Assembly (NCBI GenBank): GCA_965222605.1
Contig: OZ244960.1
Coordinates: forward strand, 3,168,001 to 3,232,000
DNA: 64,000 nucleotides
Reading direction: 5' to 3'
Origin: Candidatus Latescibacterota bacterium
GTDB lineage: Bacteria > Latescibacterota > UBA2968
In this document: positions 56,960 through 64,000 of the stretch, one piece after another
Layout of the letters: each line of letters opens with the position of its first letter
Position numbering within the stretch: the first letter of the stretch is position 1
Made by a program: the position numbers and the translations under genes
Notes under the pieces: generated by a model
What the model was told of the DNA's origin: nothing
The model's input: only the letters and a program-made list of their open reading frames with translations
Databases searched by the model: none

Positions 56960-58023
56960 GATAGTTCCTGCGCGATTTTTACTTCTGTGCCCGTTTCCTG
57001 GCTGCGATAAATGCCGTCGAGAATTGCCATAACTTGCAGCGATTGCTCGGCGGGTACAGGTGATGGCTCTCCCTGGGCGATGGCCTGGGCAAATTCGACG
57101 CATTCTTGTGCGTGGGGTTCGAGCAGATCGCGGGTATTTTGCAGGGTGCGGTTGTAGTGTTGTTGCGTGTCGTAGTTGCTGTGATAGATTTCGCAACTGG
57201 GCCAATGACTGCCTCCTTTGGTGCCGTAGAGCCACATTTGCATGTCTTCGCCCCGGGTGTTGTGGTGCAGTAACCAGCTGACTTCGATCACAAGGGTTGC
57301 CCCGTTTTCAAAGCGCACAAAAGCTGCGGCAAAGTCTTCCACGTCAAACTGCTCCGATGGGATGTGACCCCAACTGCTGAAGGCACCTTCCTGATGGGCG
57401 ATTTCTGCACGCGCGACACCGGTGACGGATACGGGTTTGGGGTTGTTCATAAAATAGAGTGTGAGGTCCAGGATGTGTACGCCAATGTCGATGCAAGGAC
57501 CGCCGCCGCTGTGTTGTTTTTGAATAAAGCCCGGTGTGTTTGGTGCCCCTGAGCGGCGGAGCATCCAGCTTCGCGCGTGGTAAATGTCTCCGAGTACGCC
57601 TGTATCGAGTTCGGCTCGCATGGCTTTTGATTTGCCCGAAAAGCGAAAATGCTGCGCTGTCATCAGGATTTTGCCGGATTTGTCGCGTGCGGCAATCATG
57701 TTTTTGATGAGTTCGGGGTTGGGGGCGAGGGGTTTTTCGCAGATAACGTGTTTGCCCGCTTCAAGCGCGGCGATGGCCAATGGCGCGTGATAATTGTTGG
57801 GGGTACAGATGTCGATGATATCGATATCGGGATTTTTGAACAGGTCTTCCGGGTCGGTGGAAAGGATGGATATATTGTTATTTTCGCCCCAATTGTTCAG
57901 TACGTCTGCGTTGATATCACTGCCGGCAATCAGATCGGCATGTGTGGAAGCTGCCCATCCAGGCATGTGCGTGCGCGCGATGCCGCCAACGCCGATGATG
58001 CCGACTTTGAGTTTGTTCGCCAT
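56956..58023 (-). CDS. Gfo/Idh/MocA family oxidoreductase
   Basis: GIIGVGGIA, CEKPLA and GGGPCIDIGVH. AAGGAG RBS before ATG 58023. Confidence 0.93.
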   Translation of the reverse strand: MANKLKVGIIGVGGIARTHMPGWAASTHADLIAGSDINADVLNNWGENNNISILSTDPEDLFKNPDIDIIDICTPNNYHAPLAIAALEAGKHVICEKPLAPNPELIKNMIAARDKSGKILMTAQHFRFSGKSKAMRAELDTGVLGDIYHARSWMLRRSGAPNTPGFIQKQHSGGGPCIDIGVHILDLTLYFMNNPKPVSVTGVARAEIAHQEGAFSSWGHIPSEQFDVEDFAAAFVRFENGATLVIEVSWLLHHNTRGEDMQMWLYGTKGGSHWPSCEIYHSNYDTQQHYNRTLQNTRDLLEPHAQECVEFAQAIAQGEPSPVPAEQSLQVMAILDGIYRSQETGTEVKIAQELS

Positions 58024-58281
58024 GATGCTCCTTTCTCGTGTTAGTTGGAATTTTCTTAATATCGGGAGGAAAAGATAATAGCGCAGCGCATAGAGGGAAA
58101 GTTTTTTTTCAGAGAAAAATGATATTTTACCCTTGACGCATATACAAATGTTCACTATATTTATGGCGGCTGGAAAATAGTATATAATATTATGTAAAAA
58201 TTGAGTTTAGGAAAGTTTTTGTGATTATATACGACGATTTATGTCGATGTATTTCACCTAACTTAGATAGGAGATGTTCCC

Positions 58282-58611
58282 ATGAGACGCATTTTTTCTA
58301 TGTCGGCTATCGGTTCACGATCAAACGGGGTACAACGGGCTACCTCTCGGTCCCGTTTCGTCCCTCAGTTTCGTCGGGAAGTCTGCGAGGTGATTAATCG
58401 CATTCGCGCCGCTTATGGTCCCATTCCCATGAAGACTGTGGCTGATCAGCCCGAGGTGAAGGCCGCAGAAGCGACGATTGAACAGGCTGCGCGATTGGTG
58501 TACAGCGGGCTTGAAAATGTCGATGTGTGGCGAGGTGCGCTGGTGGTTTACGAGCTGACCTGGATGTCTGCGCTGAAAAAGGTGCGTCCGTCGGATAAGT
58601 CAGCCGCATAA
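58282..58611 (+). CDS. Hypothetical protein
   Basis: AGGAG RBS, an AT-rich upstream region and its own terminator. No family recognised. Confidence 0.65.
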   Translation: MRRIFSMSAIGSRSNGVQRATSRSRFVPQFRREVCEVINRIRAAYGPIPMKTVADQPEVKAAEATIEQAARLVYSGLENVDVWRGALVVYELTWMSALKKVRPSDKSAA

Positions 58612-58632
58612 GTACATTTTTTTAGTTCAAAT

Positions 58633-58666
58633 AAGGCCGAGATTCTCTGTGGATCTCGGCCTTTTT
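58633..58666 (+). terminator. Rho-independent terminator
   Basis: AAGGCCGAGAT...ATCTCGGCCTTTTT. Confidence 0.75.
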
Positions 58667-58767
58667 CTTTGCAGTTGACGAGATCGGACAAATTCAGGAA
58701 CTTTTGACGCCTTGCGGTAGTTTGTCAGGTGGTAGATGGTTTAACACAAATAATGGAGAGATGGTAT

Positions 58768-60162
58768 ATGCAAAAGTGGATGTCGATACTGATTGCGGGA
58801 TTTATGGTTTTGCAGGTTGAGGCAAAAATTGATCCTGAACATCAGGTGACGATCTCACAAATGGAAAAGTTCAGCGAAGCTTTTGCAGCGGTGGCTTCCG
58901 AGGTCAATCCAGGTGTGGTTGCGATTATAAATAAAAGGGTTATTGGGGTGCGAAGATCAACGGGCAATCCATTTTTCGATTATCTTTTTGGCGGTGGGCA
59001 GTATCGGAGAGAACCGCGGCAGCAGGGTTTGGGTTCGGGGGTTATTGTTTCTCGAGATGGCTATATTTTGACCAATCATCACGTTATTGCAGGTGCCGAT
59101 GAGATTGAAGTAGAACTCGAAGATGGCAGAACATTTGACGCAATGCTGGTGGGAACAGATCCGCAGAGCGATGTTGCGGTGTTAAAGGTTGATGGGCGCG
59201 ACTTGCCTGCGCTAAAGATGGGCGATTCGGACAAATTGAAGGTCGGTTCCTGGGTGTTGGCAATTGGCAATCCGTATGGTTTGCGGCACACGGTGACGTA
59301 CGGTATTGTGAGTGCGATAGGGCGGGGCAATTTAGATATTCTGGATTATGAAGATTTTATTCAAACAGATGCGGCAATTAATCCGGGCAATAGCGGTGGG
59401 GCGATGGTGAATTTACGCGGGGAACTGGTGGGTCTGAATACGGCAATTTTGTCGCGTAGCGGAGGCAGTCAGGGTATTGGGTTGGCTGTGCCAATCAATA
59501 TGGCGCGCAATATTATGTACCAGATCATCGAAGCTGGAGAGGTGAAACGCGGGTATCTGGATGTGGTGGTTCAAGACCTTACACCGGCACTTTCCGAAGC
59601 ACTGGGGTTACAGGTCAACCAGGGTGCGCTGATTCAGGAAGTGGGAAAATTTGCCGAGCAGACGGGTTTACAGCCCAGCGATGTGATTGTGGGGTTAAAC
59701 AACCGCGAGATTTCCAATGCAGATGAGTTTCTCACGCGTATTGCACGAATCCCTCCGGGTGCACAGGTGACAATTGAGGTGATCCGAGATGGGGTAAATA
59801 AAAAGCTGCGCGTAACGGTGGATGCGTTTGATCCCTTTCGCGGTCTGCAAGAGGTGGAGCGACAACGCGCTTTGGGGTTGAATGTTCAGGAGATGACGCC
59901 CGCAATTGCCCGTCAGTTTGGTTATAATGCACAATCGGGCATGCTCATTACCGATGTGAGAGCAGAAAGCGCGGCTGAAGCGGCGGGTTTGCGACGAGGG
60001 GATGTGATCCGCCAGATCAATCGCACGCCCATGCGTTCGATTGAAGATTACGAAGATGTATTGGCCGAGTTGAAACCCGGTGACGAAGTTGGCATGATTA
60101 TTCGCAGAGAGACCCGCCGGCACTATGCCAATTTTTACGCTGTGCTCAAGGTGCCGCAGTAG
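58768..60162 (+). CDS. Do/DegQ family serine endoprotease (HtrA, two PDZ domains)
   Basis: Signal peptide, GSGVI, TNHHV, DVAVLK, IQTDAAINPGNSGG and two PDZ domains. Confidence 0.95.
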   Translation: MQKWMSILIAGFMVLQVEAKIDPEHQVTISQMEKFSEAFAAVASEVNPGVVAIINKRVIGVRRSTGNPFFDYLFGGGQYRREPRQQGLGSGVIVSRDGYILTNHHVIAGADEIEVELEDGRTFDAMLVGTDPQSDVAVLKVDGRDLPALKMGDSDKLKVGSWVLAIGNPYGLRHTVTYGIVSAIGRGNLDILDYEDFIQTDAAINPGNSGGAMVNLRGELVGLNTAILSRSGGSQGIGLAVPINMARNIMYQIIEAGEVKRGYLDVVVQDLTPALSEALGLQVNQGALIQEVGKFAEQTGLQPSDVIVGLNNREISNADEFLTRIARIPPGAQVTIEVIRDGVNKKLRVTVDAFDPFRGLQEVERQRALGLNVQEMTPAIARQFGYNAQSGMLITDVRAESAAEAAGLRRGDVIRQINRTPMRSIEDYEDVLAELKPGDEVGMIIRRETRRHYANFYAVLKVPQ

Positions 60163-60168
60163 TTTGGA

Positions 60169-61578
60169 TTAATCCACATCCTTTACATACCTTTCGTCTT
60201 TTACTTTTTCCTGAAGGCGGTGGAGTTCGTCTTTGAGTTCGCGCGCGATATCGGCATATTCGGGATCATTGTACACGCTGTTGAGTTCACAAGGGTCTTT
60301 TTCGAGGTCGAAGAGTTCCCATTCGGGTTCTTTGGTGTCTTCGATTGATCCTTTTTGATTGAGGCCATCGGCGTAGTAATAGATGAGTTTGTACTGGTGG
60401 GTACGCACGCCGTAATGGGCGTAAACATGGTGGTGTGCAAGGTGCATCCAGTAGCGATAATACATCGATGTTTGCCAGTTTTCTGGTGTTTCGCCGTTGA
60501 GCAAGGGGCGAATGCTCGATCCCTGGAAGGTTTCGGGGATGTCAATGCCCGCGTAGTCGAGAAAGGTGGGGGCAAAGTCGGTGTTGAGGATCATGTCGGT
60601 ATTGATACTGCCGGGTTTGATTTCTTTGGGATAGCGGATGATGAAGGGCATGCGCAGCGATTCTTCGTACATAAAACGCTTGTCATACCAGCCGTGATCG
60701 CCCAGGAAAAAGCCCTGGTCAGATGTGTAAATGACTATGGTATTGTCGGTGAGATCTTCTTCATCGAGATAGTCGAGCATGCGTCCGACATTGTCGTCGA
60801 TGGAGGCCACACAGCGCAGGTAGTCTTTGATGTAGCGCTGGTATTTCCATTTTTTATCTTCTTCAGGTGAGAGACCTTCAGGGGGTAATCCCTTGAGGTC
60901 ATTTTTGTTCATGTCGCGGTCAACGCGCATTTTGGCGGCTTCGGCAGCACTGGCGCGGTTGCTGTAGTCGTCCCAGAAGGTTTCGGGTTCGGGTATGTCT
61001 TCGTTTTCATACATGTGGGCGTGTTTTTCGTCGGGTTCCCAGGCGCGGTGGGGTGCTTTGTGGTGGTACATGAGCATGAAGGGGCGGTTTGTGTCCCGCG
61101 CTTTGAGCCAGTCGAGGGATAAATCTGTGATGATATCGGTGACATAGCCTTCATAGACTTTTTCTTCGCCCATTTCTATCATTTCGGGGTTGTGATATAA
61201 ACCCTGCCCGGGCAGGACATTCCAGTAGTCAAAGCCGGTGGGGTCGTGGATGCCGCCGTGACCGAGATGCCATTTGCCGATCATGGCGGTCTGGTATCCC
61301 GCCTGTTGGAATAATTTGGGAAATGTGAGTTGTCTGCCGTCGAGATGAGTCGATAGGGTGGTTACGCCGTTGATGTGGTTGTATGTTCCGGTGAGGATTA
61401 CTGCTCGGCTGGGGGCGCAGATTGAGTTGGTGCAAAAGCAGTTGTCAAAGCGCATGCCTTCATTTGCAATGTGGTCGAGGTTGGGGGTCTGGTTGATGCG
61501 GCTGTTGTAGCAACTCATGGCATGCGGGGCGTGATCGTCGGACATGATAAAGAGGATGTTGGGGCGGTCTGTAGGCAA
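60169..61578 (-). CDS. Formylglycine-dependent sulfatase (Cys-type)
   Basis: [23 protein letters not shown] and YTSDQG; no signal peptide. Confidence 0.95.
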   Translation of the reverse strand: MPTDRPNILFIMSDDHAPHAMSCYNSRINQTPNLDHIANEGMRFDNCFCTNSICAPSRAVILTGTYNHINGVTTLSTHLDGRQLTFPKLFQQAGYQTAMIGKWHLGHGGIHDPTGFDYWNVLPGQGLYHNPEMIEMGEEKVYEGYVTDIITDLSLDWLKARDTNRPFMLMYHHKAPHRAWEPDEKHAHMYENEDIPEPETFWDDYSNRASAAEAAKMRVDRDMNKNDLKGLPPEGLSPEEDKKWKYQRYIKDYLRCVASIDDNVGRMLDYLDEEDLTDNTIVIYTSDQGFFLGDHGWYDKRFMYEESLRMPFIIRYPKEIKPGSINTDMILNTDFAPTFLDYAGIDIPETFQGSSIRPLLNGETPENWQTSMYYRYWMHLAHHHVYAHYGVRTHQYKLIYYYADGLNQKGSIEDTKEPEWELFDLEKDPCELNSVYNDPEYADIARELKDELHRLQEKVKDERYVKDVD

Positions 61579-61778
61579 GAGAGACTCCTTGTTAAAAATT
61601 AAAAATTAAAAATTAAGAAACGGTGTATGAAGGCGAGTAAGTCGAGCATGACAGGTCGTGTCATCCTGTGATGGTTCTACACTGGATCAGACCAGTTCAC
61701 TGTGGAACGGTCTGCAACTTCGCAGTCCAAGTTTACGGTGAAGAGAGGGACTGGGGCTGCATGTGCCCGTCCGTTGTT

Positions 61779-61837
61779 GTAGGGGACGGTCCCCGTGTCG
61801 TCCCGTCATCGCGGCATGGTGTTGAGCCGCGATCCAG
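61779..61837. repeat. REP-like dispersed repeat, copy 2
   Basis: GTAGGGGACGGTCCCCGTGTCGTCCCGTCATCGCGGCATGGTGTTGAGCCGCGATCCAG. Confidence 0.8.
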
Positions 61838-61953
61838 GGGTTTAAAAATATGACATTGGATACGAGATATCAAGTGGGACAAAAGGTGTGCAATAGGGAA
61901 TTTTTTCGTATTATATACCGACGACGCGATGTAACTATAAAGGAGTAGAGTAA

Positions 61954-64000
61954 ATGGTCGGTCAAAAAGTTTTGTTTTTTATGTGGATGCTCATTCTTTG
62001 TCTGAATGCCGAGGTTTTTGCGGGCGAGGCCAGGCATGTGTGGACGGCTTTTCGGCAAGAAGATGGGTTGGCGCACAATGTGGTGACGGCTGTGGTGCAG
62101 ACACCCGATGGGGCGATGTGGGTTGCCACGTTGGGTGGGGTGTCGCGCTATGATGGACGTTCCTGGGAGAAGTTTGGGGTTGAAGATGGATTGCCGGGAA
62201 ATGCTGTTCAGGATCTGGTGGCCGCGCCCGACGGGGCATTGTGGGCTGCTGTGGGACGGGGTTTTGATCGTCAAGCGAGACAAGGGATGGCTTATTTTTC
62301 TGGCGAGAGATGGATAGGTATTGATACGCCAGAAGAGTTCAGGGGACGAGGGGGCTTGCGCCAGATTTTGGGGCTGGATGGTGGTCGCGCCTGTCTGGTG
62401 ACCGATGAAGGTCGCCTGTTGCGCTTCGATGGCGGCCAGCTTTATGTGGTGACCTTAGATAGTCAGCCGCTTCAAGGGGTTCAGAGCGTGATGGCCGATG
62501 CAAATGGGAAAGTGTGGGTCGCTTATGGTGGGCGAGGGGGCAATGTCTTGTCTGTGCCTGGGATGGAACCGGGTGGGCGAGGTGAACCGGGTGGCCGGGG
62601 CAGGCGCGGTGGTTTTAGAGGGGGGGACGGTTCCGATGGTGGTAGAGGGCGAGGTGAACCGGGTGGCCGGAGCAGGCGCGGTGGTTTTAGAGGGGGGAAC
62701 GGTTCAGATGGCCGTGGAGGACGCAGTGGTCGCCCGCTTGTGCCGGGTGCTCGGCAGGCAGGTGGAAGACCTGGGGGATTTGCACAGGGCATGGGATTAT
62801 TGGATGTGGATACGGGCGAATGGACAACGATAGCAGATATGGACAGTTTGAACGATGTATCGGTGTGGGCGATGGCGCAAAGTGGCGATGGCGCGCTCTG
62901 GTTTGGCACAAATGAGAGCGGGCTTAAGCGGTATGATTCGGGAAGATGGGAAACATTTACAACTGAGGACGGGTTGCCTTCCAATCGGGTGCAGGTGATT
63001 AGTTTTGCACAAGATGGAACTGTGTGGATTGGCACGCCGGCTGGCGCCGCTTCTCGAGAAGCGAATGGACAATGGCGAACTTTTGCAGAGCGCGAGGGAT
63101 TGCCCAATAGCTATGTGGTCGATATCTGTATTGCTGAGGATGGGGCAATATGGGTGGGTACGCGCGGTGGGGTTGCGCGGTTGGGGCTTTCGGGATGGTT
63201 GCACCATAGGAGTTGGCCGGGGATGAATGATCGCGGTGCTTCGATTTTCGCGCTCGATGAAAGGGGTCAGCTCTGGGTTGGCAATGATGCGCTTTACAAT
63301 TTTGAACAGGGTTCCTGGCATGTAGCACGCGAGTTAGAGGGCGATGTGCGCGGGCGTTTGGTCGATTTGTTTGTCGATGGCAAGGGAAGTCTCTGGGCTG
63401 TAACGCCGTTTCAATTGTTGCGTTATGATGGCAAGGTGTGGGAGGTGATAAATCCCGATCGTCGAATGGGATTGCCTTTTCGAGATGTGTGCCCTGCGCA
63501 AGATGGCGGTGTGTGGGCAATAACGCGCTCGGGTATTCATCGATTCGATGGAGAGGTATGGACTGTCCTATCCATCTCCCAGGATCTGGTGCAGGAAGAG
63601 ATCAATCCCAGGGGGCCTGGCATTTCGATTTGCGAAGCCAGCGATGGCAGTTTGTGGCTGGGGCAAATGGATGGCGTGGTGCATGTGGTGGATGGAGAGC
63701 AGCGCAAATACACGGTGGCTGACGGGTTGCCCGATGGGCGGATCAATGCGGTTGCTGAAGATATTGGTGGGCGGATATGGATTAGCTCACCGCTCGAGGG
63801 TGTGGCGCATTTCAATGGGCAGCGGTGGCGACGGGTGCCGGGCGGAGATCAGGCGCAGTTTAATGGGGTCAGTCGGATATTTCCGGCGAATGATGGCACG
63901 GTGTGGCTGGCTTCGCCGATTGATGGCGCGATTCGTACTGATGGTTTTGCATGGGTGCGCTATACGGTTCAAGAGGGGTTGCCCAGCACACAGGTTTGGG
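61954..64000 (+). CDS. Two-component-regulator-type beta-propeller sensor protein (partial, runs off right edge; not in ORF track)
   Basis: AAGGAG RBS, signal peptide MVGQKVLFFMWMLILCLNAEVFA and repeated DGL..N.V..DG..W..T..G blades. The frame is open to the window end. Confidence 0.88.
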   Translation, partial: MVGQKVLFFMWMLILCLNAEVFAGEARHVWTAFRQEDGLAHNVVTAVVQTPDGAMWVATLGGVSRYDGRSWEKFGVEDGLPGNAVQDLVAAPDGALWAAVGRGFDRQARQGMAYFSGERWIGIDTPEEFRGRGGLRQILGLDGGRACLVTDEGRLLRFDGGQLYVVTLDSQPLQGVQSVMADANGKVWVAYGGRGGNVLSVPGMEPGGRGEPGGRGRRGGFRGGDGSDGGRGRGEPGGRSRRGGFRGGNGSDGRGGRSGRPLVPGARQAGGRPGGFAQGMGLLDVDTGEWTTIADMDSLNDVSVWAMAQSGDGALWFGTNESGLKRYDSGRWETFTTEDGLPSNRVQVISFAQDGTVWIGTPAGAASREANGQWRTFAEREGLPNSYVVDICIAEDGAIWVGTRGGVARLGLSGWLHHRSWPGMNDRGASIFALDERGQLWVGNDALYNFEQGSWHVARELEGDVRGRLVDLFVDGKGSLWAVTPFQLLRYDGKVWEVINPDRRMGLPFRDVCPAQDGGVWAITRSGIHRFDGEVWTVLSISQDLVQEEINPRGPGISICEASDGSLWLGQMDGVVHVVDGEQRKYTVADGLPDGRINAVAEDIGGRIWISSPLEGVAHFNGQRWRRVPGGDQAQFNGVSRIFPANDGTVWLASPIDGAIRTDGFAWVRYTVQEGLPSTQVW
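62575..62711 (+). repeat. Coding 72-bp tandem duplication in a Gly/Arg-rich insert
   Basis: GRGEPGGRGRRGGFRGGDGSDGGR / GRGEPGGRSRRGGFRGGNGSDG. Confidence 0.9.

Noticed and set aside
56339-57235. Long N-terminal extensions in the ORF track (also 18646-19785, 52422-53459 and 25280-25729)
   Set aside because: The extensions overlap neighbouring genes, and downstream starts with an RBS or family-typical N-termini fit better.
61668-61853. 61-aa ORF between the sulfatase and propeller genes
   Set aside because: It runs through the REP-like repeat and has no recognisable protein features.
1-64000. tRNA, rRNA or tmRNA genes
   Set aside because: No cloverleaf or rRNA signature was seen in the intergenic regions by eye. 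A tRNAscan-SE/Infernal run would be needed to exclude them.

Overview
Bacterial chromosome segment of about 52% GC. Internalin-like LRR proteins, a C-terminal dockerin/EF-hand-like repeat, Rpn-type and heptad-repeat proteins and many toxin-antitoxin (TA) relics suggest a host-associated lineage such as a Latescibacterota-like sponge symbiont; this is inference only. The left ~10.5 kb is housekeeping: pdxH (frameshifted), pdxJ, tig, clpP, clpX, engB, a DSD1-like PLP enzyme, serA and purA. The rest mixes metabolic genes with accessory DNA. There are two tandem duplications (LRR proteins, and small membrane proteins with a shared structured leader) and an mcrB with no partner gene. Three insertion elements have boundaries that can be reconstructed: a TnpB-only IS200/IS605 element, an IS1380 in an ABC transporter gene and an IS5-family element in a PL6 lyase gene. 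An LRR-Ig-PL6-dockerin fusion gene is also present. The most unusual feature is a toxin-free cluster of six antitoxin-like genes from different TA families plus a Phd-like stub (48.6-50.5 kb). It carries a toxin stub, a collapsed attC-like site and a duplicated promoter-like repeat, and two more orphan antitoxins lie at 24.4-25.9 kb. I saw no tRNA, rRNA or CRISPR array. Two real genes that run off the window edges are missing from the ORF track.
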